NCBI GenBank assembly: GCA_963824995.1
Contig: CAWGRK010000002.1
Span: 1 to 64,000 of the forward strand
Direction: 5' to 3'
DNA: 64,000 nucleotides
Origin: an uncultured Actinomycetes bacterium
GTDB lineage: Bacteria; Actinomycetota; Acidimicrobiia; Spongiisociales; DATADW01
The notes under the pieces: generated by a model
What the model was told of the DNA's origin: nothing
The model's input: only the letters and a program-made list of their open reading frames with translations
The model's database searches: none
Shown here: one piece after another, positions 50,218-60,594 of the stretch
Layout of the letters: each line of letters starts with the position of its first letter
Numbering within the stretch: position 1 is the first letter of the stretch
Made by a program: the position numbers and the translations under genes

Positions 50218-51145
50218 ATGAAGAGAGTTTCAACAATGCTGACGGCTGCTGCCGTGCTTGTTCTCGCGGCCTGCGGACAGACTGGGGCCGATACCACATC
50301 GGCCTCCGCTGAAACCACGGCCGCGCCAATCGATACGACGGCAGCGCCAGCAGATACCACCACAGCCCTGACCGAGACAACGGCAGCGGCGACCGAAACG
50401 ACCGAGGCTTCCACCGAGACGACGGCCGCTGCAGCGGAGGACGCGTTCTGCGGGCCTGCACTCGGGTTGAAGACCGCGATGGCTGCCGGGCCCGATGTGG
50501 ACTTCGACTCGGCCTCGAGAGAGGAGATTGGCGCGGCATTGGCGGCGTTCGGAGCCTTGCTGGCGCCGTTCATCGAGGAGATCCAGGCGGCAGCCCCACC
50601 CGAGATCGCTGACGACGTCACCACGGTGACCGACACCGTGACCGAAGCGCTCGAGTCGGGGGATGACTCACTGTTCGAATCGGAGGAGTACGTCGCCGCG
50701 GACGGCGCGATCAACGACTTCTTGGTGGCCAACTGCGGGCTCGAATCGGTGTCGGTGTCAGCCACCGAGTACGAGTTCACGGGGATCCCCGACACGCTCT
50801 CAGCGGGGCAGACTGTGTTCGAGTTCTCCAACGGTGGTCAAGAGGCCCACGAGATGGTGGTCTTCCGCATCAACGAAGGAGTGACCTCAGTCGGCGGAGG
50901 AGCTCTTTGAGCTCCCCGAAAGGCGGGTAAATGAGCTGGTGACCGATGTTGGCGGCACCTTCGCCTTGCCAGGTCAATCGAACACGACACTGTTGAACCT
51001 CGAGGCGGGCCGTTACGCCTTTATCTGCTTCATCCCGGTCGGGGCCACACCCGAGAATCTCGCTGCACTCGAGTCGGGCGACTTTGAGGGCGGGCCTCCT
51101 CACTTCACCCAAGGAATGGTCAGCGAACTAACCGTCGAGGACTGA
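50218..51145 (+). CDS. Lipoprotein with C-terminal type-1 copper (cupredoxin) domain; frameshift ~50888
   Basis: Lipobox LAAC, T/A-rich linker, AHEM ... YAFICFIP ... PPHFTQGM (His, Cys, His, Met). Confidence 0.8.
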
Positions 51146-51156
51146 AACGGAATATG

Positions 51157-51185
51157 GGACCGGGCGGCCAGTGACCGCCCGGTCC
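51157..51185 (+). terminator. GC-rich hairpin after the cupredoxin gene
   Basis: GGACCGGGCGG-7nt-CCGCCCGGTCC. Confidence 0.55.
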
Positions 51186-51335
51186 TCGTACTTCAATTCG
51201 GCGGCTACGGGCGCCCTCTCGTGAAGCTGGTACGAATTCGATGCCGAGCGCCATCCACATGGCCCGACAGTACGACCAGCCCACAAACCGGCCGGGCTGG
51301 GAGAATCGGACGCTGGCGAGAGTCGGAAGGGGCAG

Positions 51336-51920
51336 ATGCGCAAGCTGATCGTGTGCAACATCGTTTCGCTAGACGGCTATGTGTCGGGACCGGACGACGA
51401 CGTGATGGTCATGCCCTTCGACCGGGGGTTCAGTGAGTACAACGCCGAGCGGCTTCGTGGCGCCGACACAGTTCTGCTCGGCCGGAAGTCCTTTGAGGGG
51501 TTCAGGAGCTATTGGCCCACGATCGCCGACGACCCGGATGCCGAACCCGTGGAGCGGGAGATCTCGCGTCTCAACAACGCCATCGAGAGAATCGTCGTCT
51601 CCGACAGCCTGCCCGAGAGCCTGGACGAACCTTGGAGCGACACCCGGATCGTCCGGAGGGACGAAGCCCATCGCGTCGTGGCCGAACTGAAAGCGAGTGG
51701 CGGCAGGGACATATTGACCTTTGGCAGCCACATACTTTGGAATGACCTGCTCGCCCACGGATTGGTCGACGAACTGCATCTCATGTTCGGGCCGGGGGTG
51801 CTCGGTGAGGGTATTCGTGCATTCGAAACGCGCCCGCCCGTCTCGTTGCGCTTGATCGACACCCGGACGTGGGACGACTCCAGCCTTCTCCTCGCCGCCT
51901 ACGCCGTGGAGCCGGCCTAG
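51336..51920 (+). CDS. Dihydrofolate reductase / RibD C-terminal family protein
   Basis: MRKLIV..IVSLDGY, LLGRKSF, GLVDE..L...P.VLGEG. Confidence 0.9.
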   Translation: MRKLIVCNIVSLDGYVSGPDDDVMVMPFDRGFSEYNAERLRGADTVLLGRKSFEGFRSYWPTIADDPDAEPVEREISRLNNAIERIVVSDSLPESLDEPWSDTRIVRRDEAHRVVAELKASGGRDILTFGSHILWNDLLAHGLVDELHLMFGPGVLGEGIRAFETRPPVSLRLIDTRTWDDSSLLLAAYAVEPA

Positions 51921-51933
51921 CGAGCGGCTTCGC

Positions 51934-52314
51934 CTACTTGGCGATTTCCCAGATGTGACCGCCCGGGTCGCGGAAAGCTGCGGTCCGCACGCCCCAAGGA
52001 CGGTCCATTGGCCCGTTCAATAGCTCCACCCCTCGGGCAGCCAGTTCCTTGCACATCGCATCGACGTCGTCGACACCGATGGTGAACACCGAACGAGACC
52101 CGGACTCGGGGCCAGCCACGGGTGCCGGTTCGATCAACTCGCCGGCTGCCGAGGACTCGAGCAGGTTGACGGTGGCGTTCCCGAAATCGAAGACTATGGA
52201 TTCCTCGTCCTCGAAGACAATGGAAAGCCCGAACACATCTGTGTAGAAGTGCCTCGCCGCGGCCAGGTCTTCGACAAACAAGGTCACGGTGCTGATACCG
52301 CTCGGCCAGGACAA
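51934..52314 (-). CDS. VOC/glyoxalase family protein
   Basis: TLFVEDL.AARHFY..VFGL, VDDVDA, PWGVRTAAFRDPGGHIWE; GGAGG before TTG 52314. Confidence 0.88.
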   Translation of the reverse strand: MSWPSGISTVTLFVEDLAAARHFYTDVFGLSIVFEDEESIVFDFGNATVNLLESSAAGELIEPAPVAGPESGSRSVFTIGVDDVDAMCKELAARGVELLNGPMDRPWGVRTAAFRDPGGHIWEIAK

Positions 52315-52407
52315 GGGAGACCTCCGGGTCGACAACGACGCCTGATGCATTCTTGTCGCGCCAAACCGAGCTTGCATCAGACCGCGGTCGGCCGAATCGA
52401 TGGGGAA

Positions 52408-54756
52408 TCAGCCGGCGGTGTCGGTGGGCCGTTCGACTTCGGCGTGGGTTTCGAGGCCGTCCTTGCCGTTGGGACCAACCAGGTGCCATGGCACGCTGGT
52501 GACCGCTACGCCCGGCTCAAACAACAGCGTCGCCTTGATGGCGAAGGAAGTCTGGTTGTGGAGGAACTGGGGAACCCACCCGGGCACTATGAACTCCGGG
52601 ATGACAACGTTGACCAACACGTCGGGCCCAAGGTCGCGCTTGAGACGCCGGATGTAGCGGAGGATCGGCCGCACGATCCCGCGATATGGGCTCTCGACCA
52701 CCTCGAGATCACCGAGGTCGAGGTCCCAGTTGCGGAGCACCCTGGTCAACTGCTCGGAGTCAATGTCGAGGTGGACCGCCCGGTAGCGGGTGCCTTGCAT
52801 CAGGCTTGTGTAGGCGAGGGCATTGCGGGTCGGTTGGGTCACGTCGCTGATGAGAACCACTGCGTCCTGGCGGACGAACGGCGGTGGCAGGCCGGCTTCT
52901 CGGCCAAGGCGAGGCCGGCGCTGTTGGGTGAGATCGGTCACGACCACACCTCTCTCGAAAAGGAGCAGCAACTTGATCATCAGGCTGTGGGGATGGATGA
53001 AGACGCTCCACAGCCGACGGCTCCTCACCAGTTCGGGGATCACGACCGTCACGAAGCTGTCGGGGTTGGCCTCGTGCTCCTGGCGTATCACCTTTCGCAT
53101 CGTGCGATAGGTGCGGCCCCGATCGGCCGCGACCACTGTGAGCGGCCGGGTCGGGAAGAGGTGGGGCCAGGTCTCCACCAACTCCTCGTCGCGCTCCTCC
53201 TTTACGTGCAGGGCACGTACCGAATCGGCTCCGATCATCTCGGCGTAATTGAATGCCCTGAGAGTGGCCTCTCCGAGGTGGGAGACGAGCACCACGACCC
53301 GGTTCCGGCTCGGTGAGATCGGAGTCGTCGGGGCGAGCCGGAGTTGGGCGGCGACGTTGAGGTAATGGCGCCGCGTCGCTGCCATCAACGCCACCAACAT
53401 CGGGATGGCGATGAGCACGATCCAGGCACCGCGAGCGAACTTCACAGAGGCGATCACCACCAGGACCAAGCCAGTGGTGACGGCTCCCAACCCGCTGATG
53501 GCGGCGTAGCGGCGCCACTTCGGCGGTCGCAGCCTCAGCCAACGGCGAACCATGCCGAACTGACTGAGCGTGAAGTCGATGAAGACGCCGACGACATAAA
53601 GCTGGATGAGCCGGGTCACCTCGGCGTCGAAGGCGATGATGAGCAGCGACGCGATCACCGCCAGGGCGATGACCCCGTTTGAGAAGACCAGCCTGTCGCC
53701 GAGGTTGCGGAACTGGCGAGGCATCAGCTTGTTCCTGGCCAGGATCGCCGACAACCGGGGAAAGTCCTGGTAGGCGGTGTTGGCCGCCAAGATCAGGATC
53801 CCGGCCGTCACCACCTGGAGGATCCAGAAGCCAACACCGCCGTTGAAAGCGGCCCTGCCTATCTGGGAGAGCACGGTACCGAACTCATCGAGCGTGTCCT
53901 CGGTGACCCTCACGTTGAACAGACGGGCGAGGGTGGAGATCCCGAGAAACATGGTTATCGCAATCGCGCCCATGATCCCGAGGGTCGTTGCCGCGTTGTG
54001 CGCCTTCGGTTCGCGGAAGGCCTGGACGCCATTTGCGATCGCCTCTACCCCGGTGAGTGCCGTCGATCCGGAGGCGAAGGCACGCAAGATCAAGAAGAGC
54101 GAGATCGCCGCCATCTCACCCTCCACGACAAGCCCCGACGAGGCGGCCTGGGGGCAGGTGCCGTCGATGCACTGCACGGCCCCGACGATCAACGTCACGA
54201 AGACCGTTGCCACGAAGGCGTATGTCGGCAGGGCGAAAACGGTGCTCGATTCCTTGACTCCCCGCAGGTTCGCCAAGGTGAGGAGGAAGACGAGGCTGAC
54301 TGCGATCAACACTCTCCATGGGAGAAGGGATGGCAAAGCCGACGTCATGGCGGCCACACCTGCCGAGACCGAGACCGAGACTGTGAGTGTGTAGTCGGTG
54401 AGCAGGGCGGCACCCGCCACCATGGCGGGGCCCATACCCAGGTTGTCCAGGCTGACGATGAATCCGCCACCGCCGTCGGGGTAGGCCCGGATCGTCTGCC
54501 GATAGGAGATGATGACGATCAGGAGCAGCGCGGCGATTGCAAACGAGATCGGGGTGATGTAGACGAACGCCGCTGCACCAGCCAGGGCGAGCACGAGCAT
54601 CGCCTCCTCGGTGGCGTAGGCCACGGAGGAGAGTGGGTCCGAAGCGAAAACTGGAAGCGCCAGCGTCTTGGGAAGGAGCTGTCCGTGGAGTTCGTCGGAC
54701 GCAAGCGGCCGGCCTATTACAGATTTCTTGAAGGTCGCCCAGCGAACCAAATCCAC
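52408..54756 (-). CDS. APC-family K+ transporter (KimA/YdaO-like) with two cytosolic C-terminal domains
   Basis: ASDPLSSVAYATEE, SYRQTI.AYP.GGG, ALTGVEAIANG, FPRL, LYVVGVF; repeated VVIPE...H...IK..LLFE.GV.VT. Confidence 0.88.
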   Translation of the reverse strand: MDLVRWATFKKSVIGRPLASDELHGQLLPKTLALPVFASDPLSSVAYATEEAMLVLALAGAAAFVYITPISFAIAALLLIVIISYRQTIRAYPDGGGGFIVSLDNLGMGPAMVAGAALLTDYTLTVSVSVSAGVAAMTSALPSLLPWRVLIAVSLVFLLTLANLRGVKESSTVFALPTYAFVATVFVTLIVGAVQCIDGTCPQAASSGLVVEGEMAAISLFLILRAFASGSTALTGVEAIANGVQAFREPKAHNAATTLGIMGAIAITMFLGISTLARLFNVRVTEDTLDEFGTVLSQIGRAAFNGGVGFWILQVVTAGILILAANTAYQDFPRLSAILARNKLMPRQFRNLGDRLVFSNGVIALAVIASLLIIAFDAEVTRLIQLYVVGVFIDFTLSQFGMVRRWLRLRPPKWRRYAAISGLGAVTTGLVLVVIASVKFARGAWIVLIAIPMLVALMAATRRHYLNVAAQLRLAPTTPISPSRNRVVVLVSHLGEATLRAFNYAEMIGADSVRALHVKEERDEELVETWPHLFPTRPLTVVAADRGRTYRTMRKVIRQEHEANPDSFVTVVIPELVRSRRLWSVFIHPHSLMIKLLLLFERGVVVTDLTQQRRPRLGREAGLPPPFVRQDAVVLISDVTQPTRNALAYTSLMQGTRYRAVHLDIDSEQLTRVLRNWDLDLGDLEVVESPYRGIVRPILRYIRRLKRDLGPDVLVNVVIPEFIVPGWVPQFLHNQTSFAIKATLLFEPGVAVTSVPWHLVGPNGKDGLETHAEVERPTDTAG

Positions 54757-54939
54757 CCTCGGCGTGACGGGAGACCCATGCTATCGGCGGTGACGGTTGA
54801 ATCTTTCACTTCAACTTCCCGAATCGACCGAGGGTCACGAGGCAGGAAGTTCTACCCCTTGGGGCCGACAGGGACAGATTCGTTACAACGACGAAGATCC
54901 GACTGGGAGAGAGAGAGTCGCTAGCCGACGGTCGTTCCG

Positions 54940-57900
54940 TCAGGCGGAGGCGGGGTCCGGCTCGGCGTTTACGGTGTTGCGCTTCGCAAGAACCTTCTCG
55001 CCGCGCTCCTCAGCTCGCTTGACGTAGGCCGTCGCGCCCTTTGCCTGGAACAACGTGATCGCTTCGTGGATCGAGCTGATGGCTTCATGCCAGCGGGCGG
55101 CCACCTCGTGGACCTCGGCGAGGCTCAGGAGCGCCCCTCCATGGAACACGGGATCGCCGGCCGCCCCTGCCCGAGCCACGGCATCCGTGGCCAGCCATAG
55201 GGCCGCTCGCGGATCTTGCGTGGCGACGGCACGGGCGCGGGCGCTCCGCCAGAGGACCTGAGAAATGTAGTCGTCCTCGGCAGAAATACGCTCCGCCTGC
55301 TCCGTCAGCGTTAGCGCCTCGTCCATCACACCGCGATCGCAGAGCACATGCGCCAGGAAGCCGGCCGTAGTCGAGCCCAACCGCCGTTCGTCCGCTTCCA
55401 TGAGGGTCTCGTAATCGGCGCGCAACTCAGCCTCGGCCACCTCCAGGTTGCCAGCCAGGCGTTCCATCGGCCCCGATGCATGAGAGGTCGAGGCCGCCTC
55501 GAAGACATGGCCCAGATCGAGCGCGATCGAGCGCGAAAGAGCCGCGGCCTCTCGTGCCTCATCGAAGCGCCCAGTCATTCCATACAGCTCGACAAGGTTG
55601 AACAACATGAAGGACCGCGAGATAGGGCTGCCCTCGACCTCAGGCAGGAGTGGCTCGATGGCCTCGATCACCTCTGCTGCAGGCAGGGGTCCACTTGCCC
55701 ACAGCTGAGCCCGAAAAGCGAGGCTCGCCGCCACCACATGGCGATCCTGGCTGAGCCTGGCCTGGACGACGGACAATTCAGCGAACCGAAGCGCCTCATC
55801 AAGGCGGCTGCCATCGAAGTGCGTGACGGCGATGAGTCGGTGGGCCTTGGCTGCCTCTCGATGCAGTCCGACGGTCTCCAGGACAGCGGCCGCAGCCGCC
55901 ACGGCGGCACTGTCGTCCCGGGACACACCACTCGGATCCAAGTTGAAGCTGGCGCTCGTGAGGGCGACCGTGGCAACTGCCTCGATGATGTCGTTCCCGG
56001 CGTTGGAAGCCCAGCCAAGCGCCTCTTCGATGTAGGGCTGCCCGTCTGCGAGGTGGCCGGCGCGGCCGATGGCCTCCCCGAGCGCGATCAGAGTCTCAGC
56101 CCTGCCGGCGCTCGGCTCTGTTCCGAGCGCCAACGCACGCTCCAGGAGCATGATCGCCGCGGCGGATCCATTGATGTCGAGCGCGCGGCGACCGGCTGAG
56201 GCGAGCCGCTCGGCGGCACGCTCCGCCAGCGCTGCGCTGGCGGAGTCCGGCAGCCCGAGCTCGGCGCGGTAGCTGTATGCCTGTTCGAGGTGGTAGCCGA
56301 TGATCTCTTCGTACTCCTCCAGCCTGTCGCCGCTGACGCGCTCCAGCCAGTCGCCGAAGCGTGCGTGCAACTCGGCGCGCTCGGCCTTGGGCAAGGCGTC
56401 ATAGGCGGCATCACGGATGAGCAGGTGCCGGAATTGGTAGGCATCACCGGCGGACAGCAGCGACCGATCGGGGCGGATCAGGTCCTTGCGCACAAGCGCA
56501 AGCAGGTCGCGTGCCAGCGCGTTGCGCTGGCCGGCCGGCACCAGTTCGGCCAGCGCCGCCTGCTCGAACGACTTGCCCATAACGCTCGCCCGCTCTGCCA
56601 GGCTGCGCTCACCGGGAGGCAGTTGGTCGAGCCGTGCGGCCAGCAGGGCCGAGATGCTGGGTGGCACATCCACCGCGGCCAGCGCGCTGCTCGTGTGCCA
56701 GGCTCCATCGTCGGCGAGGGCCAGGTGGCTCTCGTCGACCAACATGCCAAGCATCTCCTCCACGAACAGGGGATTGCCCTCGGCGGCGTCAAGGATGCGG
56801 GCCTGCAGCGGCTCGGGCAGGACACTGCCTCCCGGTAGGTGCTCGATCAGCTGGGCCGCCGACTCGGTTGCCAGCGGCTCGAGCCTCAGGCTGGTGGCCT
56901 GGGGTAGTCCGCTGCCCCAGCCTGGTCGTCGGTCGAGCAGGTCGGGCCGCGCCGGACATACGAGTAGGAGGGGGGCGTCAAAGGTCAGGCTGACGATGTA
57001 CTCGAGCAGGTCGAGGAAGGCCTCGTCGGCCCACTGTATGTCGTCGAACTCAATCACCAGGGGGCGTCGGCGTGCCTGCGTCTCGAGCAGCTGGCGGGTC
57101 GCCCAGGAGATCTCCTCGGCAGGTGCCGAGCCAGTGGCCAGTCCGATCGCCAAGCCGATCCGCTCCGCCACTAGCTCGACGTCCGCGACACCGGCCGACA
57201 CGAAGCGCAGCTTCGCCATGGCCGCATCGCGGTCGTCGGCCTCGTCGATGGCCGCAGCCATGCGCACCACCTCGGCCAGCGGCCAATAGGTGATCCCCTC
57301 ACCATATGGCAGGCAGCGACCCGACAGCACGGTGGCGCGATCCGCCACCAAACCGCCGAACTCGGCCAGCAGCCGGCTCTTACCGACACCGGCCGCGCCG
57401 AGAAGGGTTACCAACCTGCAACGTCGCTCGGCCAGCGCCGCGGCGAAGGCTTGCTGGAGAACGGCCAGCTCTGACTCGCGCCCGACTAGCGGCGCGTCCA
57501 GGCGACGAGCATGGCCCGCCGCGCCGGGGATGACGGACAGGAGCCGGTAGGCGTGTACGGGCCGCTCCTTGCCCTTTAGCGCCAGCGGCGCCAAGGGTTC
57601 CACCGATACCGCATCGCGCACCAGTTGATGGGTGGTCGGCCCGATGACGATCTCGCCTGGGGCGGCGGTCTGCTCCAGGCGTGCGGCGGTGTTGACCGCG
57701 TCGCCGGTGATCAGTGTCTGACCGTCGGTCGGGTCGCCGGCTATCACCTCCCCGGTGTTGACTCCGGTTCGGAAGCGGATGGCTATGCCACGTTCTGCGT
57801 CGAGCTCGACATTCAGAAGCATCAGGCGCTCGCGGATCTCGGTGGCCGCCCGCACCGCGCGAAGCGCGTCATCCTCGTGCAGCTGAGGAATGCCGAAGAC

Positions 57901-58173
57901 CGCCATAACCGCATCGCCGATGAACTTCTCGACCGTCCCGCCGTGACGCTCGATAATCGTTCGCATCTCGGCGAAGTAGCGGCCCATCAGCGTGCGCATC
58001 GATTCTGCGTCGAGCTGCTCACCCAGACTCGTGGAGCCTGATACATCGGCGAACAGGATGGTCACCGTCCGACGCAATCCGCGCGGCTTCAGCACGATCG
58101 GTGCAGCGCACTCGGCGCAGAACTTCGCACTGTCGGAGTTCTCCGTGCCGCAGGAGGTACACACCACGGCCAT
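54940..58173 (-). CDS. Zinc ribbon - class III adenylate cyclase - AAA/STAND ATPase - TPR protein
   Basis: CTSC/CAEC, FADVSGST, EKFIGDAVMAVFG, GDAVNTAARL, GAAGVGKSRL, DDIQWAD, GNPLF; TACACT 6 nt before ATG. Confidence 0.93.
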   Translation of the reverse strand: MAVVCTSCGTENSDSAKFCAECAAPIVLKPRGLRRTVTILFADVSGSTSLGEQLDAESMRTLMGRYFAEMRTIIERHGGTVEKFIGDAVMAVFGIPQLHEDDALRAVRAATEIRERLMLLNVELDAERGIAIRFRTGVNTGEVIAGDPTDGQTLITGDAVNTAARLEQTAAPGEIVIGPTTHQLVRDAVSVEPLAPLALKGKERPVHAYRLLSVIPGAAGHARRLDAPLVGRESELAVLQQAFAAALAERRCRLVTLLGAAGVGKSRLLAEFGGLVADRATVLSGRCLPYGEGITYWPLAEVVRMAAAIDEADDRDAAMAKLRFVSAGVADVELVAERIGLAIGLATGSAPAEEISWATRQLLETQARRRPLVIEFDDIQWADEAFLDLLEYIVSLTFDAPLLLVCPARPDLLDRRPGWGSGLPQATSLRLEPLATESAAQLIEHLPGGSVLPEPLQARILDAAEGNPLFVEEMLGMLVDESHLALADDGAWHTSSALAAVDVPPSISALLAARLDQLPPGERSLAERASVMGKSFEQAALAELVPAGQRNALARDLLALVRKDLIRPDRSLLSAGDAYQFRHLLIRDAAYDALPKAERAELHARFGDWLERVSGDRLEEYEEIIGYHLEQAYSYRAELGLPDSASAALAERAAERLASAGRRALDINGSAAAIMLLERALALGTEPSAGRAETLIALGEAIGRAGHLADGQPYIEEALGWASNAGNDIIEAVATVALTSASFNLDPSGVSRDDSAAVAAAAAVLETVGLHREAAKAHRLIAVTHFDGSRLDEALRFAELSVVQARLSQDRHVVAASLAFRAQLWASGPLPAAEVIEAIEPLLPEVEGSPISRSFMLFNLVELYGMTGRFDEAREAAALSRSIALDLGHVFEAASTSHASGPMERLAGNLEVAEAELRADYETLMEADERRLGSTTAGFLAHVLCDRGVMDEALTLTEQAERISAEDDYISQVLWRSARARAVATQDPRAALWLATDAVARAGAAGDPVFHGGALLSLAEVHEVAARWHEAISSIHEAITLFQAKGATAYVKRAEERGEKVLAKRNTVNAEPDPASA

Positions 58174-58296
58174 GCGGCGAGTGTACGACCGGTCCGCCTG
58201 GGATCGGCCGTACAGCAGTCGGCGGCCAATAGCCGAAGTTGGTGAAGAGGGTGGGCCTTCAATCTTCGACGTTCTCTGCGCCACTAGCTTTTGCCC

Positions 58297-59154
58297 ATGT
58301 CCATGCGACCCGCCCCGCGTTGGGCGGTGGCGTTGCTGATCGTTGCTGTCGTCGCATTGGCGGGACTGATAGGGATCGGCGCCCGGCAACTCCCCGGCGG
58401 TGAGGTGCGGCCGCCTCCTTTCGTGTTCCAGGTGGATCCCGCCACGGTGGTCACTTGGGTCTTCCTGGTCCTGGTCGTGGCGGGCGCCGTGCTGCTGCTC
58501 TATGTGGTGCTCACCGCCGCCCGCCGACCCGGCGGGGGGTCACGTCGCCGGCGGACGTCTCCAATAGCCATCGTGGCCGCTCTGATCGTGATCGCCGCCC
58601 TGATCCTCTACGGGCCGATGGACCGCATCAGAGAAGTGCTCAGCGGAATCATCCCGACCGGGGCGGATGCCGTCGCCTCGGGTGGTGGGGCGGTGACGCC
58701 TGTGGGTATGCCTGGGCCTACCGGGTCGCCGTGGTGGGTGGCTGTGCTCGTGGTTGCGGTGGCACTGGTGGTCGTGGCATTAGCTGCCATGTGGCGGCGG
58801 GCGGCAGTCATCGAGGATCGCGGGGAAGTCGCCAGCGACGATGTCGTCGAGGATGCCGCTAGGGAGGCGCTGGCCGAATTGCGGCTGGGTGACGACCCGC
58901 GCTCGGCCGTGCTGCGCGCCTATGCCGCCATGGAGCAAGCACTCGCCGAAGCAGGGTGGGAGCGCCGGACTTGGGAGGCGCCCGGCGAATATCTAGCCCG
59001 GGTCGCACCCCGGATCGGTTCGGACAGCACCGCCGGGCTGACGCTGACCCGGGTGTTCGAGGTGGCTCGATTCGGGCAACGTGCCATGTCCGAGGCCGAT
59101 CGCGCCGCGGCCGAAGAAGCACTCATCGAGGTACGCGCCCGGGTGACCCAATGA
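58297..59154 (+). CDS. DUF4129 domain membrane protein
   Basis: TM helices + DPRSAVLRAYAAME...EAP.EY..R...LT.VFE.ARF. Confidence 0.85.
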   Translation: MSMRPAPRWAVALLIVAVVALAGLIGIGARQLPGGEVRPPPFVFQVDPATVVTWVFLVLVVAGAVLLLYVVLTAARRPGGGSRRRRTSPIAIVAALIVIAALILYGPMDRIREVLSGIIPTGADAVASGGGAVTPVGMPGPTGSPWWVAVLVVAVALVVVALAAMWRRAAVIEDRGEVASDDVVEDAAREALAELRLGDDPRSAVLRAYAAMEQALAEAGWERRTWEAPGEYLARVAPRIGSDSTAGLTLTRVFEVARFGQRAMSEADRAAAEEALIEVRARVTQ

Positions 59155-59622
59155 CCCGGGTCATCCTGCTTTCGCTGGCTGCCCTGGTGGCGGCTGCGGT
59201 GGCCCTGGTCTGGCTGGACGGACCTGCGGAAGTTCTGGTCTACGAGGTGGCACTGATCGTGGTTGCGGTGGCATGGTGGAGACGGGTCGCCGCGGCCACC
59301 CCGGCGGTGGCCCCGTCCCGCAAGCCGAGACTGACATCGCAGCGCACCATCCCCAGCTCGCTGGCTCGCATCGAACGGGTGGTGGCCTTCGCCAGCAGTG
59401 GGCTTCGAAGCCGAGCACCGTCTCTTGCCTCTGCTGCGCCGGCTCGCCCGCGACCGGCTGGCAAGCGCACACGGAGTCGATATCGAGCTTCAGCCCGACA
59501 AAGCGGAAACGTTGCTCGGTCCCGAGACCTGGGCTCTGGTCGGCCCCGGCGATGACGAGAGCCGCGCCACGGTCCCCTTGGATCGGATCGAGCGGGCGGT
59601 GACGGCGTTGGAGCGATTGTGA
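59151..59622 (+). CDS. Hypothetical membrane protein of MoxR operon; frameshift ~59398
   Basis: Two TM helices, then RLLPLLRRLARDRL..HGVD...LGPETWALV...V.ALERL in the next frame. Confidence 0.7.
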
Positions 59623-60594
59623 ACCGCGCGCCGGCCACTTCGGAGCTGACGGCACTCGCCCACCGCGCCCTCGACGAGGTCGAGAGGGCCGTGGTGGGGA
59701 AGCGCCCGGTTCTCGAGTTGCTCCTGGTGGCCATCCTGGCGAACGGGCACGTTCTGATCGAGGACGTCCCCGGTGTGGCGAAAGACGCTGATCGCCCGCT
59801 CGTTTGCCAAGGTGCTGGGGCTCAGGTTCTCAAGAGTCCAATTCACACCCGACCTGATGCCGATGGACGTCACCGGCTCGGTCTTCCCGGGCATCGCCGG
59901 CGGTGAGATGGCATTCCGGCCCGGTCCGATATTTGCCAACCTCGTGCTCGCAGACGAGGTCAACCGTGCGCCGGCGAAGACGCAGGCCGCTCTGCTCGAA
60001 GCGATGGAGGAGCGTCAGGTCACCGCCGACGGGTCCGCCCACCCACTGGAGAGGCCCTTCCTGGTGATAGCCACGCAGAACCCGATCGAGTTCGAGGGGA
60101 CCTATCCCCTCCCCGAAGCTGAGCTCGACCGGTTCATCGTCCGACTCCGGGTGGGATATCCAACAGCCGACGAGGAATGGCAGATATTGGCGAGACGCCA
60201 GCAGCGGGAGCGTGACGAGGTCGACTTGGTGTCGGTCATCAACCGCCAGGACCTGCTCGATGCACAACAGGCGCTGGAGACGGTCCATGTGTCCGAAGAC
60301 GTCGGGCGCTACATGGTGGCTTTGGTCAACGAGACCCGCAATCGGAGCCGTGCCCGACTCGGAGCGAGCCCGCGCGGATCGTTGGCCCTTCTCAAGCTGA
60401 GTCGTGGCTTGGCGCTGCTGCGGGGCCGCGACTTCGTCACTCCCGACGATGTCAAGGTGGTGGCCGTGCCGGCCCTGGGTCACCGTCTCGTGCTGCGTCC
60501 CGAGCTTTGGGTTCAAGATCTGACCGGCGACGACGTGGTGTTGGAGTCGCTCGAAGAGGTCCCCGTCCCGCCGACGCTCCCGCCCGGCGAATGA
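59619..60594 (+). CDS. moxR: MoxR family AAA+ ATPase; frameshift ~59783
   Basis: GHVLIEDVPGVAK(T), RVQFTPDLMP.D, ADEVNRAPAKTQAALLEAMEE, ATQNPIE.EGTYPLPEA.LDRF. Confidence 0.93.

Noticed and set aside
54757..54939. c-di-AMP (ydaO) riboswitch upstream of the KimA-like gene
   Set aside because: Consensus blocks (GCYGAA, GGGGAACC, CCCGUCAGCUAAC) are not seen on the minus strand
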